From an uncultured bacterium (GTDB lineage: Bacteria; Zhuqueibacterota; QNDG01; CAYUAG01): a stretch of DNA of 64,000 nucleotides. The notes below the pieces were generated by a model that was not told where the DNA came from, did no database searches, and saw nothing but the letters and a program-made list of their open reading frames with translations. The position numbers and the translations under genes were made by a program. The DNA is taken from assembly GCA_964442615.1 (NCBI GenBank), contig CAYUAG010000003.1, forward strand, positions 2,346 to 66,345, written 5' to 3'. Below, in pieces: positions 1 to 9,099 of this stretch (positions are counted from its first letter, which is position 1; each line of letters opens with the position of its first letter).

Positions 1-475
1 CATTACTGCTTATGTGCAATCATCTTTGATAGTTGGTATGAACCGATTCACCTGGACAGTGGATATGGAAATTACTAAAAAAGAAATAAAGAATGCTTAC
101 AGTAAGATAATTAAGCATTACCCTATTGGTGAGAACGAAGTGATTATTGGAGGTTTCTCTGCTGGTGGTGTTGCTGCACTGGAGATTGCACTTAGTAATT
201 CGATACCAGTTACAGGATTCCTAGTTTTGTGTCCGGGAAAGCCCGAGAGTTTCGATGAGACAAATATTATAGAAGCAAAGATGAGAGGGATTCGGGGGAC
301 GATTTTAACCAGTGAGATGGATCCACGTTTGTCTGTTCAGCAAGAAATGGTAGAGGTTTTGCGGGCTGTAGGATTACAATATCAGTTTATGGTTACTCCC
401 AACATTGGTCACTGGTTTCCGGAAGATTTGGATATTAAGATCGACAATGCTATTGATCATATCAGATATAGATAG
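1..475 (+). CDS. Alpha/beta-hydrolase (esterase/phospholipase-carboxylesterase-like), 5'-truncated by the window edge
   Basis: The reading frame is open from base 2. A GXSXG nucleophile elbow (GGFSAGG) sits about 55 aa into the window, followed by a His near the C-terminus (NIGHWF), consistent with a Ser/Asp/His triad esterase. The start lies upstream of the window. Confidence 0.5.
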   Translation, partial: ITAYVQSSLIVGMNRFTWTVDMEITKKEIKNAYSKIIKHYPIGENEVIIGGFSAGGVAALEIALSNSIPVTGFLVLCPGKPESFDETNIIEAKMRGIRGTILTSEMDPRLSVQQEMVEVLRAVGLQYQFMVTPNIGHWFPEDLDIKIDNAIDHIRYR

Positions 476-527
476 CATTACTGCCTTCAATTAGTATTGA
501 AGATTATATTACAAAGGAGATTTTACT

Positions 528-1979
528 TTGAGAAAGTATTTTTTTCTTTTTTTAATTTTTAAGATTGTGAGTATCTGTACATTCGGATTTTCACAAACTA
601 ATCACCATTGTTGTTTGTCTTTTATGCTTAAAAAAGAACCGGTTTTGCTGTTCGGCCATAATCTGGATAGCGACGAGCCTGTTCCCGGTATGGTTTACAT
701 CAACAAGAGGGGAATTCTCAAGGCCGGATGTACCTTTAGAGAATTGACCACCCGTGAGCAGTTGGAACCCTCCACACTTATTTGGATCTCTAAATTCGGT
801 TCTGTAACATTCAGTCAGTTGGGTGCTAATTTCCCCGACGGCGGTGTGAATGAGGTTGGCCTCTTTGTCTGGGAAATGTCCCTGATGAATACAACTTTCA
901 TCCAAGATAAAACGCTTCCCAAGCTTTTTATGATGCAGTGGATGCAGTATGTTCTGGACAATTGTTCCACGGTTCAGGAGGTTATTCAATGCGCATATTC
1001 CATTGCTATGGACGGATGGAACTGGCATTTTTTTGTAGCTGACCGGGAAGGAAATTGTGCCAGCATCGCTTTTATCTTGGGCCGGCCGGTTATTCACACC
1101 GGTGACAGCATGCCTGTCCCCGTGCTTTGCAATGCACCCTATTCCGATGAAATGGAACGGCTCAAATATTTTAAAGGTTTTGGCGGTAGTTACTCTGCAT
1201 CATTGGAAGATATGTCTGTTCCCAGGTTTGTCCACGCCGCACATCTTCTAAGAGAATATCAAACCACCCAACCGGCTGTGGATTATGGTTTCCGCATATT
1301 AAAACAGATGGAAGGAGTGGAACAATCAAAGTGGTCAGTGATCTGCGATCCTCTTGAAAAGAAAGTCTATTTTCGGACGGATCAGAGCCCGGAGGTCAAG
1401 CATTTTGCTCTGGATGAATTTGACTTTTCCAATCAAACTCCGGTTCAAAGCCTCGATATCCATTTTAAAAAAGCGGGAGTCGTCTTCCAGTCTTTTAATG
1501 ATCATACCACTGATGAAAACCGCAAACAGATCGAAAAGAGATTGACTTCGTGGTGGAATCTTCATGATATGCCGGAAGGATGGACAGACATGACAACATT
1601 GATCAATAGATTCGCTTCCTATTATAGGCTGCCGGTCATTCAAAATACCTGGGACTTCTCAGGAACATGGAAAGGAAAGGCAGTGATTGCCAACGGAGAA
1701 TCCTTCCCGGAAAAGACTGAATGGGAAGTAACGATTCGCTGTGAAGAGGGCATGGTTTCTGGAGAGATCACAGATTCCTCCGGCTATTTAAAAAAGGAGA
1801 CGTTGGAAAATTTCGCACTTGTTGATCGAATGTTGTCTTTTACTTTCCGGAAAAGAGAGAGTTATATAATATGTAAAGTTGAATCGTATTTAGAGAACGG
1901 CAATATGCTGGGGACATTCTTCCTTTACAGGATGAGGTATGGAGAGCCTGGTCGAATTTGCCTCCAGAAAGAATTGTAG
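528..1979 (+). CDS. Secreted Ntn-hydrolase of the choloylglycine hydrolase / linear amide C-N hydrolase (penicillin V acylase-like) family with a C-terminal extension
   Basis: TTG start 9 nt after an AAAGGAGA RBS. An N-terminal signal peptide is followed by the motif C-LSFMLKKEPVLLFGHNLD, matching the CBAH/PVA signature (N-terminal Cys nucleophile then ...lfGRNmD). At 483 aa it is longer than canonical BSH/PVA. Confidence 0.55.
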   Translation: MRKYFFLFLIFKIVSICTFGFSQTNHHCCLSFMLKKEPVLLFGHNLDSDEPVPGMVYINKRGILKAGCTFRELTTREQLEPSTLIWISKFGSVTFSQLGANFPDGGVNEVGLFVWEMSLMNTTFIQDKTLPKLFMMQWMQYVLDNCSTVQEVIQCAYSIAMDGWNWHFFVADREGNCASIAFILGRPVIHTGDSMPVPVLCNAPYSDEMERLKYFKGFGGSYSASLEDMSVPRFVHAAHLLREYQTTQPAVDYGFRILKQMEGVEQSKWSVICDPLEKKVYFRTDQSPEVKHFALDEFDFSNQTPVQSLDIHFKKAGVVFQSFNDHTTDENRKQIEKRLTSWWNLHDMPEGWTDMTTLINRFASYYRLPVIQNTWDFSGTWKGKAVIANGESFPEKTEWEVTIRCEEGMVSGEITDSSGYLKKETLENFALVDRMLSFTFRKRESYIICKVESYLENGNMLGTFFLYRMRYGEPGRICLQKEL

Positions 1980-2439
1980 GTATGTTTTATTGTAGCACCT
2001 GAAACCGATATTTGCGGGTAGCTAACTATGAAAGGGCATTATATATAATTTTAAAAAGATGAAGATAAGTATACAAAAGGAAAAAATACCAAAGTGGCAA
2101 TAGTTGATTGGCTCTTTGACATGAGTCCTGAAGTGTTGTAGAAATATAAGAAACCGACTTCGTTAATACCTGATGAATCCATTGGTATGGGTAGGTCCTG
2201 GCATGGTGAATGGATAGCGGAGATTGTCTATCAAATAGCACCCGAAGCTAAATAAGAAGCATTTTAACTATGTAATAGTCAAGAAGTGCAGAACATGGTT
2301 GAATCATATGTTAATTTAAGTTAGGGATATTTTTCATAAACCGATTAATGACAATATTTGGATGTTTTCTTATGTCGGATCTGTTTTCGGTGTCCATACC
2401 CAAAAACTCAACCTATAGTGCGATCTGAAATCGGGATCA

Positions 2440-2832
2440 GAGCAGCGGACTGGGAGCATAACCAATATTTTTGCCATGATTGCCATTGTGATTGTCTGTC
2501 TCAGTTTATTCGGTTTTTACTCCTATAATGCAGTATAGCGGAAAAAAGAGATTGGCATTCATAAAGTATTGGGTGCCTCAACTTCAGGTATAAGCATCCA
2601 TCTTTCCTGGAATATCATAAAATGGATATTGATATCAAATGTTATTGTTTGGCCTGTCGCCCATTATGCCATGAATAAATGGATTCAAAGTTTTGCTTAC
2701 CGTACGTCGATAAGATTATGGACGTTTTTATTCTCTGGACACATCATCCTTGTCATTGCTTTGTTGATCATGAGTTATCAGGCTATCAAGGCGGCTAAGG
2801 CTAATCCGGTCGATAGTTTACGGTATGAATAA
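2440..2832 (+). pseudogene. 3' remnant of an FtsX-family (MacB/LolE-like) ABC permease gene with an in-frame TAG
   Basis: Translation reads ...IFAMIAIVIVCLSLFGFYSYNAV*RKKEIGIHKVLGASTSGI...AIKAAKANPVDSLRYE. This is the conserved FtsX C-terminal region (consensus V-x-Q-R-x-KEIG-[IV]-RK-x-LGA ... P-[VA]-x-ALRYE). The TAG at 2536-2538 sits where the conserved Gln is expected (CAG to TAG). The upstream roughly 700 aa of the permease are absent or degraded, and there is no ATPase partner nearby. Confidence 0.6.
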
Positions 2833-3189
2833 GATAGTTGGGATTTAGGGATTTATATTGTGAAAAAAATCTTCAGGGAGAAATGAATATCGCTTCAGCT
2901 GTCGATGCTAACAATCAATCCGTGAGTGAAGTACATATAAGAACTTTAGAAGACTTTAAAAATTCTATATTGGTCTTTCTATAGTATGCAGACGGTTCTA
3001 ATCAACCAAGGCTAAACCACCTAGCTGGTGAGTATTGGCCCAGCCGGGCAAAAAAGGGGTAGAGGAATAGAAAGGGATGACTATACTACAAAATCGCTGT
3101 ATCAGATGGGAAAAATAATGATTCTTTGTTTATATAATTCTATTTGTTCATGTAAACCAAAAGAATTGAAATAAAAGGAAACTAAAACC

Positions 3190-4140
3190 ATGAAAATAGC
3201 GAAAAGAATGATTGTTGTTTTATTCATATTTTTCATTTCCACAATTCCAGTATTGGCACAGGAGAAAACAAAGGAACAATCTGACTTTCCAGTTCTGAAA
3301 GGATCCTATCTAGGACAAAAGCCACCAGATAAAGTTCCGGTCCTGTTTCCTACTGCCGGACTCCAGGCAGACAGCGCCTGGTTCTGGCACGGTTCTCCAG
3401 CGTTTTCGCCTGATTTAAACGAGATGGTTTTTACCAAATATGTCACCACCAAACCAAATAATCGTACGGAGATACATTTTATCCGATATGAGAACGGTCG
3501 GTGGACGGCACCGGAGTTGGCTCCCTTTGCAAACAGCGCTTATGCTGAGAATAATCCTTTCTTTTTACAAAGTGGAGATACGCTGTATTTTTATTCATCG
3601 CGGCCCGGCGGATTCATCTTCAGAACAGTCAGAACCGTCGGCGTTTGGTCAGAGCCTGTACCCCTCTCTCTTCCGCTTCCTTCGGGCAGCGAGCCAGGAC
3701 TGCAATTTTCAATATCGAGAAATAAGACAATTTATGCCGAGCTGTGGGAAAACAACAATACAGATCTCAATATTTATCGCTGGCGGCTGATCGATGGAAA
3801 ATACAGTACTGCTGAAAAGCTGGGCGGAACCATCAATACGCCGAAATTCGAAATGATGCCACTTATTGATTCTGAAGAACGATTCCTTTTCTTCTGTTCC
3901 AAACGTCCCGGCGGATACGGAGAGGCGGATTTATATATAAGTTTCAAAAAGGATCAATCAACCTGGACTGATCCACGAAACATGGGATCCCTGTTCAATA
4001 CTGAGAGCGACGATGTCTGGCCTGTCATCTCTCCGGATGGAAAATACTTCTTTTTCTGTTTGGGCGGAGAATTGGGCTTTAATCCGTTTTGGGTGGATGC
4101 AAAAATCATCGGAGAGTTAAAACCGAAAGAATCTAAATAG
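3190..4140 (+). CDS. Secreted PD40 / WD40-like beta-propeller repeat protein (TolB-like fold)
   Basis: N-terminal signal peptide. Recurring PD40 motifs (FSPDLNEMVF, ISPDGKYFFF). Shares an N-terminal block with the ORF at 6862 (LKGSYLGQKPPDKVP vs LKDAYLGEEPPDITP). Confidence 0.55.
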   Translation: MKIAKRMIVVLFIFFISTIPVLAQEKTKEQSDFPVLKGSYLGQKPPDKVPVLFPTAGLQADSAWFWHGSPAFSPDLNEMVFTKYVTTKPNNRTEIHFIRYENGRWTAPELAPFANSAYAENNPFFLQSGDTLYFYSSRPGGFIFRTVRTVGVWSEPVPLSLPLPSGSEPGLQFSISRNKTIYAELWENNNTDLNIYRWRLIDGKYSTAEKLGGTINTPKFEMMPLIDSEERFLFFCSKRPGGYGEADLYISFKKDQSTWTDPRNMGSLFNTESDDVWPVISPDGKYFFFCLGGELGFNPFWVDAKIIGELKPKESK

Positions 4141-4154
4141 GAGGAGAAATAAAG

Positions 4155-5660
4155 ATGAAAAGAATTAATCGAATTATCATCACATTGATGGTTTTGGCTG
4201 TTTTTATCGTGCCAATATTAGCGCAGGAAGACGGCGATCCGGTATCGATCGGGACATACCGGAAACTCCATTCGAAGATACTCAATGAAGAACGCATTGT
4301 ATTGGTCAACCTGCCCCGGGGATATGATGAGACGACGATTCGTTATCCTGTGCTGTATATTTTATATGGCGGTCAGGTTGAAGGATACTTCGCTGACGCA
4401 GTTCATATTGTTTGTCGTCTTAACGAGGCAAGTAGAATTCCGGATATGATCATTGTCGGTGTTAAGAATGTGGACCGTTATCGTGATTGTCTGCCGATCA
4501 ATCGGAACGGAGAACCGGGAGGTGCAGGTAATTTCTTGAAGTTTTTTACTAAAGAACTGATCCCTTTTGTCGATCAATCATATCGCACCAAGGATTTCCG
4601 CATTTTGCTCGGTCCTCAGGCCGGAGCCGCTTTCGGTGTGTATGCCCTGATGGAAAATCCCGGGCTTTTCAGAGTCAATATTGTCATGAGTCCGTTTTGG
4701 ATCCGAGCAAACAGGGAGTATATGCTCAAAAAAGCAAAGGATTTTTTTAACCAGGAAGGATCGTTGAACCATTTTCTTTTCATGACCAGCAACACCAGTG
4801 ATGATAACGATATGACCATGGAGTATTTACAGAAATTCAAAACAGTCGTTGAGAATGGGAAAAGAAGCGATTTTACCTTAATCATCAATCAACTTGAAAA
4901 AAGAGAATCGGGTATTATCTCCTCACCCAGATTAAGAGAAGGACTGGAGGCATTTTTTAAGGATTATAAATTCCCCCGGGACACACAAATCAATGGACTC
5001 GAGGATTTGAAAGCATATTATCAAAATCTTTCCCGGAAATATGGGTATGAAGTCGATATCCCGGAATTTACCCTGGTCAGACAGGGAGACAGGCTTGATG
5101 AAAGGGGTCAATTGGAAGAGGCAAAAGAAGTATTTGAATATATCGTTGAAAAGTATCCTCACGACCTGAACAGTTACGCCAGGCTGGCTGATCTGCATCG
5201 CAGATGGGGAAATTATGAGCTTGCGATTCGGTATTATGAACAGCTTCTGGAAAGAAGACGGATGCCGTTTATGGAAAGAAGACTAAACTCCCTTAAAAAG
5301 TATTTGCTTGAATCGTCGGTTTATTTGATAGAAAAAGCCATCACTGATTCCGGTATTGAGGCCGGTATTGCAAAGTTTCAAGCACTCAAGTCTGATGATC
5401 AGAACACATTAATCTTCAGCGAAAATGATTTTAATTCTCTGGGATACAATTTAATTACCAGAGGAAAAATTAATGCTGCTATCGAGGTGTTGAAGATGAA
5501 TGTCGAAATGAATCCTCAATCGGCGAATGCCTATGACAGCTTGGGCGAAGCGTATATGAAGAAGGGGGATAAGAAAAATGCAATCGAAAATTACACAAAG
5601 TCATTGGAGTTAAATCCTGATAACACCAATGCCAGGGAAATAATTGAAAAATTCAAGTAA
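4155..5660 (+). CDS. Secreted esterase (putative-esterase / enterochelin-esterase-like alpha/beta hydrolase) with C-terminal TPR repeats
   Basis: Signal peptide. YPVLYILYGG is the typical putative-esterase family N-terminal block. The C-terminal roughly 150 aa carry TPR-like repeats (NAYDSLGEAYMKKGDKKNAIENYTKSLELNPDN). Confidence 0.55.
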   Translation: MKRINRIIITLMVLAVFIVPILAQEDGDPVSIGTYRKLHSKILNEERIVLVNLPRGYDETTIRYPVLYILYGGQVEGYFADAVHIVCRLNEASRIPDMIIVGVKNVDRYRDCLPINRNGEPGGAGNFLKFFTKELIPFVDQSYRTKDFRILLGPQAGAAFGVYALMENPGLFRVNIVMSPFWIRANREYMLKKAKDFFNQEGSLNHFLFMTSNTSDDNDMTMEYLQKFKTVVENGKRSDFTLIINQLEKRESGIISSPRLREGLEAFFKDYKFPRDTQINGLEDLKAYYQNLSRKYGYEVDIPEFTLVRQGDRLDERGQLEEAKEVFEYIVEKYPHDLNSYARLADLHRRWGNYELAIRYYEQLLERRRMPFMERRLNSLKKYLLESSVYLIEKAITDSGIEAGIAKFQALKSDDQNTLIFSENDFNSLGYNLITRGKINAAIEVLKMNVEMNPQSANAYDSLGEAYMKKGDKKNAIENYTKSLELNPDNTNAREIIEKFK

Positions 5661-5702
5661 AAAAGGAATAGATCAATCCAAAAAATTTCTGGAAGCTGGC
5701 TA

Positions 5703-6800
5703 ATGGATAGTATAAAAAAAGTAACCGTCCTGATATTTATCATGGCCGCTGATTTCAGTGACAGCTATCTAGCTGCGAGCCGGGATTTTCATCAAGAGCC
5801 GTATAATATCCTATTTATCGGAAGCAGTTATTTCAGTTACAATGATTTGCCCGGTCTGTTTGAAAATCTGATCAATAGTTCCGGAAAGGCAGCCTATATC
5901 GATCGACAAATCACCGGTGGTTTCTATCTTCAAGACCATGCAAACTGCAGTGCCACAGAAGCAAAAATCAATGAGCAAAACTGGGATTATGTTATTTTAC
6001 AGGGAGTGGGTAGAATCACCGCATATCCGGAGATCTATTTAGACCACCCTGTTCGTCCTGCATTGATGACTCTTCGGGATAAAATATCTGGAAATTGTGA
6101 ATCAACAAAGATGATTTTCTGTTTGCCCTGGGCCTATGAAGATGGAATGACCTGGTTGGAGGGATGGACCGACACCTATGAAGATATGCAAATTAAAATA
6201 TATGAAAATATTTTATTGTATTCAGATGAAGTGGGTTTTGAGATTGCCCCGGTCGGCTGGGTGTGGTACAAGGTTCTTAAAGAAAAAAACTATCCTTTGC
6301 ATTACCTGCACATGAGTGACTGGAATCACCCTTCACTGAAGGGTTCCTATCTCATGGCCTGTGTCATTTTTTCGACCGTCTTTGTGGAAAGCTCTGTTGG
6401 TATCCATTCTTATAGCGGTTTATCAGAAGAGGAAGCAAATTATTTTCAGACAGTCGGATCAAACACTGTTTTGGATAGTCTCGACCTGTGGAACATCACA
6501 ACCACGAATGTTGAAAAAGAAGAATATTCCACTCCAAACAAATTGAATCTCCATCAGAATTATCCCAATCCATTTAATCCGGTGACCATAATCAACTACT
6601 CTTTACCTGATGATGGTTTTATCTCACTTACAATTTATGATACTCTGGGAAGAGAAGTAGCTGCCCTGGTCCAGGAATTTCAAGCGGCGGGTTCCCATGA
6701 TATCATCTTTAATGCGGCCCGCCTTCAAAGTGGGATATTTTTTTACAAACTTCAGACGAGAAGAGACGTACAAATGAGGAAATGTATTTTTATTAAATAG
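5703..6800 (+). CDS. SGNH/DUF4886-like hydrolase-fold protein carrying a T9SS (Por) C-terminal sorting domain
   Basis: The C-terminal roughly 80 aa (LHQNYPNPFNPVTIINYSLPDDGFISLTIYDTLGREVAALV...GIFFYKLQ) match the type IX secretion C-terminal sorting domain consensus (NYPNPFNP...T.I.Y.LP....V.L.IYD..GR.V..L). The N-terminus has an ILFIGSSY block typical of SGNH-like folds. Confidence 0.6.
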   Translation: MDSIKKVTVLIFIMAADFSDSYLAASRDFHQEPYNILFIGSSYFSYNDLPGLFENLINSSGKAAYIDRQITGGFYLQDHANCSATEAKINEQNWDYVILQGVGRITAYPEIYLDHPVRPALMTLRDKISGNCESTKMIFCLPWAYEDGMTWLEGWTDTYEDMQIKIYENILLYSDEVGFEIAPVGWVWYKVLKEKNYPLHYLHMSDWNHPSLKGSYLMACVIFSTVFVESSVGIHSYSGLSEEEANYFQTVGSNTVLDSLDLWNITTTNVEKEEYSTPNKLNLHQNYPNPFNPVTIINYSLPDDGFISLTIYDTLGREVAALVQEFQAAGSHDIIFNAARLQSGIFFYKLQTRRDVQMRKCIFIK

Positions 6801-6861
6801 TATCGATAAGATTTTTATTGTAGATTTTGAATGGGAGAAAATTTATTATAAGGAAGCTCCT

Positions 6862-7740
6862 ATGATGAAAAATATCACATTCATTATTGTTTTAATATTT
6901 CTTGAAACCTTTTTTGGATGTGGCAATCAAACTGATTTTCTCGAATTAAAAGATGCCTATTTAGGTGAAGAACCACCGGACATAACACCAAAAATCTTTG
7001 CACCGGGTATCATTTCAACTCAAGAGAATTTAGAAATCGGATGCTGTTTCAGCCCTGATGGAAAGGAATTTTATTTTTCTCGTACAGAAGGACTTAGTCC
7101 AAATGGAAATACATTTATCTATGTTACAAAATATAAAGATGGAGATTGGACGAAGCCTGAAATCACCAGTTTTTCAGGCACTCATGTTGATTTTGAACCA
7201 TGCATCACCCTTGATAATAAACAAATGTTTTTCAACAGATTCAGCAGAAGCGATACAACCGTTTTGAATGGAATTTATATTATGAAAAGGAAAGCTGAGA
7301 ATTGGGAAGAGCCCCATTTTTTCAGACCAGGAATGTGCTTGACATCAAGCAAACTGAGGACAGTCTATTATACGGATCTGTCCAGGGGATTAATTGTCTG
7401 TTCAAAATTTGTAAATGGGGAATACAGCGATCCTGAGAAAGTATACGGGGATATCAATTCCGGTTTTATGGATGCTCATCCCTGTATTTCAGCTGATGAA
7501 AGCTTTTTGATATTTGATTCCCGAAGAGAGGGGGATCATACTCAAAGTAAGCTTTATGTTGCATTCAGAGATCAAAAGTATAAATGGAGCAAAGCAATCA
7601 ACTTGGGAAAATATCTCAATGGTGGCATCAAAATGTGTGCTTCACTTTCTCCGGATGGAAAATATTTATTTTACAGCTCAAAGGGTGATATTTATTGGGT
7701 CAGTATTGATGTAATTAAAAATCTTAAATCAATCAATTAA
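6862..7740 (+). CDS. Secreted PD40 beta-propeller repeat protein, paralog of 3190-4140
   Basis: Signal peptide. FSPDGKEFYFSR and LSPDGKYLFYSS PD40 motifs. N-terminal block homologous to the ORF at 3190, but in an AT-rich codon context. Confidence 0.55.
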   Translation: MMKNITFIIVLIFLETFFGCGNQTDFLELKDAYLGEEPPDITPKIFAPGIISTQENLEIGCCFSPDGKEFYFSRTEGLSPNGNTFIYVTKYKDGDWTKPEITSFSGTHVDFEPCITLDNKQMFFNRFSRSDTTVLNGIYIMKRKAENWEEPHFFRPGMCLTSSKLRTVYYTDLSRGLIVCSKFVNGEYSDPEKVYGDINSGFMDAHPCISADESFLIFDSRREGDHTQSKLYVAFRDQKYKWSKAINLGKYLNGGIKMCASLSPDGKYLFYSSKGDIYWVSIDVIKNLKSIN

Positions 7741-7752
7741 TGGAGGTTTAAA

Positions 7753-8997
7753 ATGAAAAAAACAAAATTACATTTCAGTATCGAGATTTTAACAGGAATT
7801 GCCGGGATATTTCTATTAATATTTCTTTTTTCCTGTTCACAAAAAAGAACCAGATCAAACATCGAACAAAGTATCAATCGCATTGAAAACGGTTTAATGG
7901 AATTCAAATCACCGGCAGGTATGTTTCAACCCGATAGTGCACAACTTGCAAATCCCAAGACATTAGCCGAAAGAATGAAACATTATAAGATACCAGGTGT
8001 GAGCATTGCAGTGGTCAATAATAATCATATAGAATGGACTAAGGCCTATGGTATAATGGATAAAAACACAGGCGCACCAGTAACAACAGAAACCATTTTT
8101 GAAGCGGGATCTACCAGTAAATTAATTACAGCAGTCATGGCACTTCAATTTGTGCAGAAGGGTTTAATCAAGTTGGATCAAAATGTAAATAATTATCTGA
8201 AATCATGGCAGGTGCCGGAGAATGAATTTACAACGGAGGAAAAAGTTACACTTCATCGGTTGTTAACACATCGGGCTGGATTGCCGGATACATATTACGA
8301 TCATGATGAGAGCAGCGAATATCCGACGCTTATCGATGTTTTGAATGGTGAATCACCCGCCCTGAACAATCCGGCCATGCCGGAATACCTACCGGATTCG
8401 AAATGGCAATATTCCAATATAGGTTACAATGTCATCCAGCTTCTGCTCCAAGATGTGTCAGGCAAAACCTTTCAACAGCTTGCCGAAGAAATTGTTTTTA
8501 AACCTCTTGGGATGAAAAACAGTACCTTTATATACCCCTTGGACTCTGAAAAAAAAGAACGGGAGGCCATGCCGCACGATGCTGAAGGGATTTCACGAGA
8601 TCCACTAATGCATCGAACCGCTCTTGCGCACGGAGGATTAACGACCACACCGACTGATCTGGCCAGGTTTACGATTGAACTCATGCTTTCATATCAGGGA
8701 AAATCTGAAAAAATAATATCTCAAGAAATGGTTAGACGGCTATTCACCAAAGTATGTAAAATTGATCAAACATGGGCTCCTTTACCCTTTTCTGAAGGAT
8801 TAGGTGTTTTCCTGATGGGCGAAGGCGAAGATTTGTTGTTTACGCATCCCGGAACTAATAATCCTGGGTTGATTTGTTGGCCAATCGCTTGGCCGAAACA
8901 GGGAACAGGTGCTGTGGTCATGACAAACGGTGCCAACGGTCTATTTCTTTCGATAGAAATACTTGAAGCAATCAATAATGAATATAACAAATTATAG
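7753..8997 (+). CDS. Serine hydrolase of the beta-lactamase / penicillin-binding-protein (class C-like) family
   Basis: Signal peptide / lipoprotein-like N-terminus. Active-site S-x-x-K motif (FEAGSTSKLITAV). A size of roughly 400 aa is typical for this family. Confidence 0.65.
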   Translation: MKKTKLHFSIEILTGIAGIFLLIFLFSCSQKRTRSNIEQSINRIENGLMEFKSPAGMFQPDSAQLANPKTLAERMKHYKIPGVSIAVVNNNHIEWTKAYGIMDKNTGAPVTTETIFEAGSTSKLITAVMALQFVQKGLIKLDQNVNNYLKSWQVPENEFTTEEKVTLHRLLTHRAGLPDTYYDHDESSEYPTLIDVLNGESPALNNPAMPEYLPDSKWQYSNIGYNVIQLLLQDVSGKTFQQLAEEIVFKPLGMKNSTFIYPLDSEKKEREAMPHDAEGISRDPLMHRTALAHGGLTTTPTDLARFTIELMLSYQGKSEKIISQEMVRRLFTKVCKIDQTWAPLPFSEGLGVFLMGEGEDLLFTHPGTNNPGLICWPIAWPKQGTGAVVMTNGANGLFLSIEILEAINNEYNKL

Positions 8998-9099
8998 CCA
9001 GGTTAATCAAAGAATTCCCCTGGACTTTGTCTCGTGGGTTCAAAGCCCAAAATTATTATTTTCGAAATGGGATCAAGTCAATATTAAGTGAGGTTAATT

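Noticed and set aside
591-1643. Minus-strand ORFs (591-1097, 1335-1643) and small plus-strand ORFs nested inside the Ntn-hydrolase gene
   Set aside because: They lie entirely inside a longer ORF whose protein carries clear family motifs. There are no motifs of their own and no RBS. They are typical antisense artefacts.
3440-5198. Internal and antisense ORFs overlapping the PD40 and esterase genes (3440-3790, 4362-4577, 4578-4772, 4616-4888, 4932-5198)
   Set aside because: They overlap well-supported longer genes and are low-complexity. The GC-richer sequence here produces long spurious antisense frames.
8997-9088. GGGTTCAAAGCCC element that superficially resembles a tRNA T-arm
   Set aside because: No acceptor stem, D-arm or anticodon arm can be built from the preceding roughly 60 nt. 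It is only a short GC hairpin in an intergenic region.
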